Positions 12,457 to 23,005 of a stretch of 64,000 bases of DNA are shown piece by piece. The translations under genes and the position numbers were made by a program. The notes under the pieces were generated by a model. That model did not search any database, was not told the origin of the DNA, and worked only from the letters and a program-made list of their open reading frames with translations. Source of the stretch: Mytilus edulis (Eukaryota); the NCBI RefSeq assembly GCF_963676685.1, contig NC_092349.1:63438924-63502923 (forward strand), given 5' to 3'. Within the stretch, counting starts at the first letter, position 1. The number at the start of each line of letters is the position of its first letter.

Positions 12457-12735
12457 GGGAGCTACCATTTGATTTTTATGGGGGCTAGGATGAAAAATGT
12501 TGTCCTGCATTTTTTTTTAGCTGTAATCTCTGTCCTGCCTTTTTATTTTTCACTGTGTTCGGTCCTGTCTTTTTTTTTTTTTAGTTTATCCTGACTTTTT
12601 TTTACCCAAATTGTCGTCCTGACTTTTTTTTTTGCAAGTGTCTCATCCTGCCTTTTTTTTTACTCAAAACTCCTGTCCTGCCTATTTTTTCAAATTTCAT
12701 CCTAGCCCCCCCATAAAAATCAAATGGTAGCTCCC
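12457..12735. mobile_element. PIF/Harbinger-like (Tourist-type) MITE, 279 bp, 39-bp perfect TIRs, TAA target-site duplication (12454-12456 / 12736-12738)
   Basis: The TIR GGGAGCTACCATTTGATTTTTATGGGGGCTAGGATGAAA pairs with TTTCATCCTAGCCCCCCCATAAAAATCAAATGGTAGCTCCC. The interior has ~7 repeats of TCCTG(A/C/T)C + T9-13. The 3-bp TAA TSD is characteristic of PIF/Harbinger (established knowledge). Confidence 0.7.
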
Positions 12736-13630
12736 TAACTATGTTAACCTCTTCAATTTCTAAAACATTTTAAGTTGTAAGCTCTTGTTGATTCAGAAAC
12801 ACATGCCTCCGCTCGCAAAACTTCAAACTGCATTATCTCTAAAACGACAATAGATACCTCAAATCTGTTAAATGATAAATGATCTACAGTTGAAGGACAT
12901 CATTATAGAAAAGGAAATGGGACAATTTCAAAGTTGACCAAGGTCACAATTAATCATCAAATATATGATGCAATACCAAACTTAAGAACCGGAAGTCGTA
13001 GAAACATGGGACTATCACCATTCAACTCAGGACCACTTGACCTTTCAAATATCACAAGGTCAAAATCAAGGTGAAATTTCATCATGACCAGACATTGACC
13101 TCAAATTGAAGGTCTTGAATAACTGATCATCTTTGCAGTTTATAGTAGGTTGATATCTGTTACCTTTTAAAAGATATACACATGTCACTATAGTGTTAAG
13201 AGTTATGTTGACGTAACTATTGAACAGACGGTCGGGCATTTTTTTAGCTTCTATACTATTAAACGAGAAGACCTCATTTTGGGTGTCGCTTCTCCTCCTT
13301 CCACAATAAATTAATCATCATGCCTCTGTGTCCTATAGGTAACATGTATAGTCGCATTTGTCATCCATTCTTATGATCGTTATTTTGGGATAAAAACGAA
13401 AAAGAATGCGTCCGGATATTTTCCCGTCATTGGACAAAACTTTAAGTCAGATTAGACTTCCGGTTTGTGTTTTTCTGTACTTTGAACATACAAAGACTAT
13501 GAATAAAGTATATAAATTTGCTTTCTGCTGTCATTTTGAGTTCTAGCATGTATCATCGTGTTTCAGTTTGGGTTATTGTGGGAGGAAAACGAAAATGAAT
13601 AATATTTGCTATTTACTATCAATTAGTTTA

Positions 13631-13791
13631 CAGTGGCGGATCCAGAACTTTTCATCATGAATGAGAGGGCACTGACTGACCTAAAAGGGAGGGGGGGCGT
13701 TCCTCTCATGCTTCAGTGATTCCCCATATAATCAACATTTTTTTTCAACGAAAACGGGGGCAGGGCCTCCAGGCCCCCAATGGGATCCGCC
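13631..13791. mobile_element. MITE, GGCGGATCC-TIR family (cagtggcggatccag ... tgggatccgcc), internal poly-G/C tract
   Basis: The terminal inverted motif CAGTGGCGGATCC/GGATCCGCC is present. Family members are at 14070-14201 (with C22 tract), 38423-38535, 58690-59345 (interrupted) and possibly 33705-34978. Confidence 0.6.
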
Positions 13792-14069
13792 TATGGTTTA
13801 TAATCAACGGCGGTCACTGCGGATATATTTCTGTACATACTTACATACATTTACTATGAATAACTGTATTTGTTATAATTTATTACTATAAAAAATTCCT
13901 TTTCTGTACCTTGAACATACAAAGACTATGAATAAAGTATATAAATTTGCTTTCTGCTATCATTTTGAGTTCTAACATTTATCATACTTGCTTAACGTGT
14001 TTCAGTTTGGGTTATTTTGGGAGGAAAACGAAAATGAATAATATTTGTTATTTACTATCAGTTAGTTTA

Positions 14070-14201
14070 CAGTGGCCGATTCAGAACTTTTCATAAGGGG
14101 GTGGACGTGGGCGTTCCTCTCATGCTTCAGTGATTCCCCATATAATCAACAAAATTTTTTTCAACGCCCCCCCCCCCCCCCCCCCCACCTTGGGATCCGC
14201 C
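14070..14201. mobile_element. MITE, GGCGGATCC-TIR family copy with 22-nt poly-C tract (14166-14187)
   Basis: cagtggccgattcagaacttttcat...caacg(c)22accttgggatccgcc is the tandem-duplicated partner of 13631-13791, where the tract is ggggg/ccccc only. Confidence 0.6.
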
Positions 14202-14346
14202 TATGGTTTACTATCAACGGCGGTCACTGCGGATATATTTCTGTATCCATACATTTACTATGAATAACGGTATTTGTTATAATTTACTATAAATTCCAAT
14301 GGTTATCTTGGGGGAGGGGGGGCTCTTTACTATTCATGGCGTTCAC

Positions 14347-14351
<5 letters not shown>

Positions 14352-14382
<31 letters not shown>
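14352..14382. repeat. (TA)15 microsatellite
   Basis: Sequence gtatatatatatatatatatatatatatatatatg. Confidence 0.95.
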
Positions 14383-14385
<3 letters not shown>

Positions 14386-17300
14386 AGTACCTTTGACTTT
14401 TGATACCTCTCCTGAAATTCTCTGTATAGTAATTAAAGTATATATGCATGTTCATAGAGTACATAGAGTACAGATAAACAGAAGGTATAAAAATCGGTAT
14501 TTGGAAAATAGGGGGAGTGCAAAAAAATGTGCCCAATCCCAAAGTACCTTTGACTTTTGATATCTCTCCTGAAATTCTCCAGTCAGTATATTTTTTTTAC
14601 AGTTTACGTACGCTCTATTTCCCCGCGATTTCGCGGGTGTGTTCTAGTAATGTATAAAATGTAGAGCTCGTCAAGAGAAACATTTCATACACAGTATGTA
14701 TGCATCAAACTCTTATCGTTTTCTTAATATGCAAGCTTGAAATTGCAGCGTAATTTGATTTTGCACTCGGTGACCTTTGACCTTGGGTGCATATTGAAGG
14801 TCACGCGAACATAAGATTACTGGTGTAGGTCCCAAGTCTCTATGACTTACGGTTCTCGAAATACAATTTTTCAAAAATTGTGTACAATATTTCAAGGGGA
14901 ATAACTCCTTATAAGGGTTGATAACAAAATGATTGTATACGTTCATTAACATTGCCATATGTTCCTGTACATTTTGCCGTTTTTAAATCGATTCTATCTC
15001 TAATACTTTTTGAGAAAAATGCAAAGGAAAGAAATTGTTTCAAGGGGATATAAATCTCATAGGGGACGATGAAATCCTATTCAGTCTCATATGGTAATAC
15101 ATCATGATGAGATCTACCTATGGTCCAAATAAGGTCATGATATCTTTAAAAAAAAAACGAGGGGGGGGGTCATGTTGAAAAAAGTCAATAAAAGGGAGAT
15201 AACTTCTTAAGGGAATGATGAAATCCTTAACCGGGTCATCTGGTAATACTTCATGATGAGGTCTATCAATGGTCCATATTTGGTCTTCATAGCTTCAACA
15301 GAAACAAGAGGCGGGCATGTCAAACAAATGTTGGAAGAAAAAAAAGAAAAAGAAAAAAAAACATTAGAAAATCAATAAGGTCTTTCCTGGCGTAGAGGAA
15401 AGACAAGGTCTTTCCTCGCGGAGAGGAAAGACCTTAAAAACCAAAGATTTGTATATCTCATTACCAAATTTCTAACTTTAGTTTACAGATTGCTATCTCA
15501 TGTTTTCGGTTTTGTAACTAGCAATTAAAAAAAATCATTTTGGCGATTCAAATATGATAGTATTATCTGTTAAGGTAGCACAATACACAGATTTTATAAC
15601 TCCAACTCCCAAGTTTTAAAATGCTGTAACTTTCTTAATAATGCTTGGAAATTTATAAAAGTGGTAGTTATGGATAGCTAACAGATTACTCTTTCCAATT
15701 AATGCAATGTTAGTTTTATGCAACACATATGTAACCAATTATAATGTTTACTGTGTCTAAAATATTTTTCACCAAATTTCCACTTTCAATTGAAATTAGC
15801 ATAGGTATTCCTAGAGGGTTGATTTTATTATATGTTGTTCCTATGGCCATTATCTACAAAAGGGTGTCTCAGATTTCAGATAGAATGTATAGAACAAATT
15901 TTACACCTAATTGAACATTTACTTCTTTTATGTGTTAAGGATGTTTACACTAATTAGAGATTTATGAGAGAATGGAATACCATAGGGACAATTTGAGACA
16001 CCCTTTTGAAGCCCATGATGTGTTGATTAAGATTTCGTTAAATTTTTCTGTATAGATAAAGAGATGATAGAGCTAAATTCATTCAAGTGAACTGACCGAG
16101 ATTTTGCCACTAATTACGTAATAATTGATTACATAATAATTTCATAATAAAAATATTGCATCCATTTAAAAGATTAATCTTTTATCTATCTATATATACC
16201 TCTTTTATTATTTTGTATGCATTCATAAGAAAGTTACACCATTTTAAAGGTTAGTGATTGGAAGTAAAAAAATCTTTGTATTGTGCTACCTTAAATCATC
16301 ATTTTTATTTGATTCGTATATTATTAACGCCTATTTAACTACATTTGCGATTTTTCAACTCACAAAACGACTAAAACATGTCGAATTTTGATGCAATTGT
16401 TTTTCTCTTGAAATACCAACGTTTGTTAATGTGGTTCATAAATGTTTCTAGTTTCTTGTTTTTTTTATATATAGATTAGACCGCTGGTTTCCCCGTTTGA
16501 ATGGTTTTATATTAATTTTAGAGGCCCTTTAGCTTACTGTTCTGTGTGAGACAAGGCTCCGTGTTGAAAACCGTATAATGGTTTTTCTTTAAAAAAATAC
16601 AAATTGTGACTTGGATGGAGAGTTTTCTCATTGGCACTCATACTACATCTTCTTATATCTAATAAATCATAAAAATGATTTGACTGTTCAGGAAGACGAA
16701 CTAAACACCCGAATAAACCTAGTGCATGTATAGTGAACTGTTCATATGCCCATCAGCCTGAGGGCGTTCCATTTATGTGCATTTTAATTCAAACACAATA
16801 TAAAGTACAAGAAATCGTCAAAATATAAGATATTTTTTGGTTAGTGTTCTTTCTAAATCCTTCTGCAAAAGCTTTCTCTTACACCTTCGTATCTCATCAA
16901 CCTCGTCTTTCATGGTTTTCCAAATTGGAATTTCTGTTTGGATACAATAAGCATTGATGTCAGTCTTTGATTGTCCGTACAAACGATTAACAAGTTAACT
17001 TCTTTCCCCAATACCTCAGACACATACATAAGTCCATATGTTAATTTTTTACATAGTTACCTGTTGAGAAGCGTCATCAACATAGTACTTAATTATGTAA
17101 CACATGTAAAGACGGCGTGCACAAAGTTGACGGCAACGGTTAAATGCGGTTTTAAAAATAGCTTTATACATCCGTGGTAAACATATATTTTAAATGGGAA
17201 GTTTTTTTTATGATAAAATGATTAAAGCTAGCCATTAAAATCCACACAATTAAAAAGGTTATCAAAATTAAACCTATAAAGTATGAAACGAACATGGAGA

Positions 17301-18269
17301 AAACGGCAAAAATGTATGAAACTTGTAACACTAAATAAGCATAAAATAATTTTTTTTGGACCTGAAATTTGTACAAATTAAATTTATTGTCCTGCATTTT
17401 CGTACAATAGAATTTTTGGTTTCGGACTATGGCGTCATATGAACTTCACCAAAAACAAAATAAAAAACCGGCTATGGTTGATGCATTTTGAATGTAGTTC
17501 GTTATGTGTAAGAAATAGTAATTTGGAAGGATTAATATCAGAAAATAGAAGAATCGTTAAAAGGTAGCAACTTTTTTTACTACAAAACAACGCCATAGAA
17601 GGTGCTCCGGGATCATGTGCAATTATGTTTGTGATAGAAATGTGGAACCAAAGCATGTTGTGGTTTCAAGGTCCATTTTTCAGAATTTTTCCAAGAACCT
17701 ATCGTGCCTTTCATTGTATTCGGTGTTGGCCACAATATCATCGACTATATCATCCATGTCACGCGCATAAATTACAGCTAATGTACCTTCGCTGTTTTTG
17801 TAGTGTGTCTGTAATACTTCATTTAAAAGAAACATCCTGACATCCTTATCCACCACACCAGTTTCCATAACAGTGCCTCCCAAAACCAACAGTAAACAAG
17901 ACAGTAACTATCAGAACTTGTTGTTTGGAGTTAATTCCCGATTAAACATCATTACATGTTCCTCAGTATGATCGTGTCGAGGCCAGTCCTCGAAATATCA
18001 TTGGCGTAGTTGTTGAATCTGGAGATTTTAGGTACCAAATTGGAAAAAAATTGTGTAAATTTTAACAAGATACATTTGTATTTATGTCTTAAAGTTGGAT
18101 TGAAGCTCTGAAAGGCACATATTTATTCATATCAACGGTTCTTGAGCTTCAACTTTTGCTACCTGAAACAGTTAAACAGCCTTTAAAAACAGATTGTTCG
18201 GGTTTTTCTGTATGTAAATGCCTAGGTAGGTACAGCACTGAAAATGTAAATGTGATTGTCAGAAGATGT

Positions 18270-18560
18270 TATGCAATTCCCGATGCCATAATCCACTCAC
18301 CTGCTAAAACGAATAATAGAGAATTACTTTATTATTTGATAGTGAACTGTGTGGCCAATTAACAGCAATTCTGTAGTGTGTACCAATGCTTTTTCAGCAA
18401 AATACTTGTTATAAATTATAGTACAAGTTAAAAGTGAATTTTCGTCAAATTTTGTACAAATTGTAATTAATTTTGTACAGGCACTGTTTGCACAAATTAC
18501 AATTGGTACAAAATCAAAATATAAATTAGAATTTGTACAATTTTTTTGTAATATCAGTAT
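18270..18560. repeat. Dispersed ~300-bp repeat (second copy 27100-27430, same orientation)
   Basis: gccataatccactcacctgct.aaac.aat.ata...ttttcgtcaaat.ttgtacaaattgta...tacaggcact.tt... is shared by both loci. Confidence 0.55.
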
Positions 18561-18818
18561 TCTTTAATATTTATTTAAATAATAAAAAATATATAGTAAA
18601 GATTCAGGATGAAATGAAGAGAAAAGAAACATAAAATGTTCAGTGTGGAACGAGGAAAAACACTGAAACCACAGGCATCGACAATGAAAGGGAAGACAAA
18701 AAGACGAATAGCAAATCAAAGACTCACAAAAAAGGAACCGAACAAAGACATTAAAATGAAAGCAAATGGCAATGAAAAGAAAGTATAATAATGCACATAA
18801 TGCTAAGTCAAAATACTA

Positions 18819-19957
18819 CGTTTACTATGGCAAGCCGTTCTCGTCAAAACTATGAATAAACCATTTTTCGAAAAATTTACACACTGAGAATTAAATACTT
18901 CAAAACACACACTGAGAATTAAAAAATACACACTGAGAATTAAAAATTACACACTGAGAATTAAAAATTACACACAGAAAATTAAAATTACACACTAAGA
19001 TTATACAAAAATGAAAAACACACACTGATAATTGAAAATTACACACTGAGATTTCAAAAAGACACACTGAGAATAATATAAATAAACTGAAAACACACAC
19101 TGAGAATTTGAAATTACACACTGAGATTTGTGCGCACTTTTTATGCGCACATATCTAATTAGCATACTTAATCTGAATCTATTACAAGCTTAAAACAACT
19201 AGGGGACAGCACTCAAAAAATGTTTATAAAAAAACTTTAGAAATACAAGAACAAGAAAAATACCCACTTATTCTTAATACAAAATATAACCAAATGGTGA
19301 AAAACTTTATTAAAATTATAAGAAAACATTGGAACAATCTGTAAAAAAACAAAGAATGCAAAATTTTTATTCAAGTGTCTCAATAGCATATAAACGTAAC
19401 AAAAATATAAAAGATTAACTTGCGAAATCAGGGTAACAGTTGGAAGACTTTTCAAAAGGGACCCATGCTTAAACGGTTTAAAGTAGAAAAAAATCCCGAT
19501 ACACTGGTAGTAATGATCTGAATTATAGGCAACAAACTTATGAATATGAGCGATGTTAAGTCTTGAAATTTATTACGACTGTTGGTTGAAGGAATCGCAT
19601 TTCATTATAATGACAAGAGTTCTTGAGATCAAGATATTAATCTGTTGAATTATTCATTTCATGAATATTCATTAGTAATTTGCATATTAATCTCAGTGTG
19701 TATTTTTGAAATCTCAGTGTGTAATTAAGAATTCTCAGTGTGTGTTTTTCAATTTATTTCATCTCAGTGTGTCTTTTTAAAATCTCAGTGTGCAATTTTG
19801 AATTATCAGTGTGTATTTTTTATTCTTTTAAATCTCAGTGTGTAATTTCGATTTATCAGTGTGTTATTTTAGGTTTTAAAATCTCAGTGTGTATTTTTTT
19901 TTCGAAAAAAGGGTTTAAGCATAGTTTTGACGAGAACGGCTTGCCATAGTTTACTAT
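18819..19957. mobile_element. Foldback-like element: ~310-bp inverted arms (18819-19129 / 19688-19957) made of ~20-bp sub-repeats (acacactgagaattaaaaatt)n, ~560-bp unique middle
   Basis: The left arm gtttactatggcaagccgttctcgtcaaaactatg...(cacactgagaatt..)x11 is the revcomp of the right arm (aatctcagtgtgt..)x9...catagttttgacgagaacggcttgccatagtttactat. Confidence 0.7.
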
Positions 19958-21751
19958 CGGAGGGTCACAATTTCAGCAGATAAGACACAGAACTGTTGAG
20001 ACAAGATATCAATTTTTTTAACCAAACAATCTATATCCTCATCTATGAAAGAACAAATGACTTATTGTTTTAGACAAAACCCATCTGGTATCAAGGACTT
20101 TTTGGTTTGACTTCTATCCAAGTACTTTTAACATGCGACTTCAATGATTTTACAGAAGTCCATGATGTTGTTACCACCTGACATAACAAACTGGTACACA
20201 CTATACTTATATATGGCAAAAATATATCAAACACTATTTTACAATTGCCGATCGCCCACAAAACCAGATAGACACTGGATTTTATTATAATCTATCATTA
20301 ATACACATAATATTTACACATAATATTTTATGCAAATAGTATCTATGAATTGAAAAAAAATTACTCTGTCATAAACGAATCCGCCGGCCAGGAAAAATCA
20401 ACAACCAAGTTCACTGGTGTCAACGTGATAATCGTAACTGCAATAACGATCATCCCAATATGGCGGACACAAATTTAGGAAGTTACCTTAGTCGATATGG
20501 AAACCTGTGTTCAAACCCAAATGCTCGGAAGATCGTCTCGAGAGGTGAACATTGGACAGTACTGAAAAATAGCTTATGTTTACATAAACAAAATGTCAAC
20601 AAAATGTGTACTAGTAAACAAAATACCAATATATACATGTAGTACAAAACAAGAAAAATCAAACAATAATGAACCAACATTAAACTGAACTTAACCAGTT
20701 CGAAGTTGGCGAAATAATGGTTTAATAGGGAAATTAACCCGCTAAAATGACCACTCACGTGATACTACAATTGATATCATGTGTCCATACATATACATTT
20801 TGTATTTGAAAGACCCGTTAGTACCATAATTTTCCTCTATACTTCGAAACGCGGAAAATTATAAGAACAATTTGGTTGAATCACAGACGTCATACATGTG
20901 TTTTATGTAGGGCGAACTTGCAACCAAACAGGCAAATACATTGGCCACACATTACTGGTGATGAACTTCTCAGGATAATATAATAATACTTTTTAAATTT
21001 CAAAATATCGTTCAATTAATGTCAACAAGGCAGGGACACGTCGCTTTCAGTGATTATTTGTAATGGGAATCTTAATTATTTCTTTATGCCAGCATAATGG
21101 TTCCGGTCAAATTGGCGTTAACCCGATAGAGAGTAACATGTTTTAGTTTGACAAAGAGCTTGTCTTGATACCTGTGAATACTGTAAATCACTGGTTATTG
21201 TTGGTGGTACAAGTACAAAAAATGAGTAATTTTGTATCTGCATCCTTTGTGTCATTCTGTAGTAGTAGAGACGGTTTAGTTTTAGGCACCCCAAAAACGC
21301 AGGGCGAGAGGGCGCAGCCAAATATGGCCAACACCCGCCCCTTTATCGAAACGTCCCCTCCGGCTGACCAAATATGGTCAGCTGACTAGGACGACACAAT
21401 ATGACTCATAAGTCCATCGTTCGTAATTACGCTCAGTTGGAATGACTCATATCCACAAATAAGGTAAGAACGTTACAATATGACTGGTCAGACGTGACTC
21501 ATGTTGATCGGGGATAATTCAAAAACGGAAGGGTGATATCCATATACGGACATGTATCGAATCAACCAATGGCAAAGACGGAACGAAAGTATTGTTTTAT
21601 GCAACCACAAAAACGCAAGGCGCTAAGACGCTGACGTCATATGAACAGTATGACTCACGTAGATCTTTGCCAATTCTAGTATGAAGGGCTATATATCAAA
21701 ACGGAAGCACCAGATGTCGGATTATGACTCTTGGACCACCATATGATGAAT

Positions 21752-22078
21752 TCCATATATGGAAAGCGACCACAATACCCTATGACCATATATGGAAATT
21801 ATGACCAAATTTGGTAAGAACCTTATTTTCACTCAAAATAAACATACATGACCATATATGGAAATCGACAAAACAACCTATGACCATATATGGAAATCAT
21901 GACCAAATTTGGTAAAAACCTTATTTCCGTTGAAAAATCAAAATAAAATACATGACCATATATGGAAACCGACCAGATACCCTATGATCATATATGGAAA
22001 TGATGACCAAATTTGGAAAAAAACTTTTATTTTCACTCCAAAATCAAAATAAACATATATGACCATATATGGACAGCA
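21752..22078. repeat. ~110-bp tandem repeat x3 carrying perfect CArG boxes (CCATATATGG), left arm; followed by two CACGTG-containing 98-bp repeats (22079-22200)
   Basis: The unit catgaccatatatggaaatcgac..ccctatgaccatatatggaaatcatgaccaaatttggtaa.aaccttatttt.c is repeated. CCATATATGG occurs ~7 times. aggtcacgtgatcgtatcgaggaac occurs twice. Confidence 0.8.
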
Positions 22079-22325
22079 GGTCACGTGATCGTATCGAGGA
22101 ACGTTAACTCTGGTACAAAACAAGGGAAGCAACTCTGTATATATATCTCTCGTGGAGTGACAATTCAACGAGGCAAGGTCACGTGATCGTATCGAGGAAC
22201 TCTGATACAAAAAAGGATAGCAACTCTTCATGATGTGAGCATCAATCACCGATTAATCGTATCGTGTTCGGGGCAAATAGAAAAAATACCAACACAGATG
22301 TCAGTTTCATATATATTTATTACAT

Positions 22326-22766
22326 TCATTCGTACAATGCAAGCAGTTTGTCGTCGTTACTCATCGAGTCTCTAGACGAAAAATCTTTCACAATGTCTTC
22401 CATGCTAATGTTTCTATATCTCATCTTCACGAAATGTACACAATAGAGTCCGCATGTATCGGATGATCCCTGTTGCACTTGAGTCGTACTGAATCTGTAT
22501 TGAGGTCCATTGGCGATGAGCACGTTCCTGAAGCGACGAAGGTAATACTCCGGAGAACGTCCGAACGAATCGAAAAATTCGACGGGTCCCTCTCGCGGGA
22601 AGTGGAACGCCACCCAGTGAATGCGCTTGTCGTCGCAGTCGTCCGTGTTGACGACGAAACTGCGGGGCCTGTTCGAGACTTCATCCGGCAGTTCATCGAC
22701 ACAACACACGGTCGCCGGCAGGTCTTCGAGATAACACTCCAGTTCGTATCCGAAGGTTCCCTCCAC
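22326..22766 (-). CDS. Adenain-like (peptidase C5, adenovirus/Polinton-type) cysteine protease domain ORF, left palindrome arm
   Basis: The 146-aa ORF MEGTFGYELECYLEDLPATVCCVDELPDEVSNRPRSFVVNTDDCDDKRIHWVAFHFPREGPVEFFDSFGRSPEYYLRRFRNVLIANGPQYRFSTTQVQQGSSDTCGLYCVHFVKM... matches adenovirus protease motifs recalled from memory. These are the catalytic His (GGVHWMAFAW ~ RIHWVAFHF), the Asp/Glu region (LFEPFG ~ FFDSFG) and the Gln...Cys region (QSVQGPNSAACGLFCCMFL ~ TQVQQGSSDTCGLYCVHFV). The ORF is GC-rich and intronless, in an AT-rich setting. Confidence 0.75.
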   Translation of the reverse strand: MEGTFGYELECYLEDLPATVCCVDELPDEVSNRPRSFVVNTDDCDDKRIHWVAFHFPREGPVEFFDSFGRSPEYYLRRFRNVLIANGPQYRFSTTQVQQGSSDTCGLYCVHFVKMRYRNISMEDIVKDFSSRDSMSNDDKLLALYE

Positions 22767-23005
22767 GCCGTCGTCTTCCGTTCTGCATCGTTTGGCGGAT
22801 GGTTCTTCGCCACAGTCCCTATCTTGATGGATCTCAAGTCAATGACTTGTTCACGGAAGGATCGCATCATCGGAACCTGTCGGTGTTGGCTGTGAATCAG
22901 AACCTGTATTTCGGGAAGGATCCGACTCAGAGAAGAAACTGTCACTACCTGGTCCTCTTCGACAATCCAGTCGATCGCCAGCCCGTCGCCACGCTAGGTA
23001 GACAG

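Larger units (their letters stand above)
13472..14297. repeat. ~430-bp tandem duplication (x1.9), each unit carrying one GGCGGATCC-TIR MITE copy
   Basis: Unit 13472-13901 recurs at 13902-14297 (ttctgtac.ttgaacatacaaagactatgaataaagtatataaatttgctttctgct...). Confidence 0.8.

Noticed and set aside
17680-17889. 69-aa minus-strand ORF (..VIYARDMDDIVDDIVANTEYNERHDRFLEKF) considered as a possible exon
   Set aside because: I recognised no homology and found no convincing flanking splice sites or partner exons. It is left unannotated.
22264-22446. Duplicated 60-aa ORFs (22264-22446 + / 23654-23836 -) and 21938-22249 / 23851-24033
   Set aside because: They exist in two copies only because of the palindrome. 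They are low-complexity, have no recognisable domains, and overlap the 3' ends of the protease genes in antisense.
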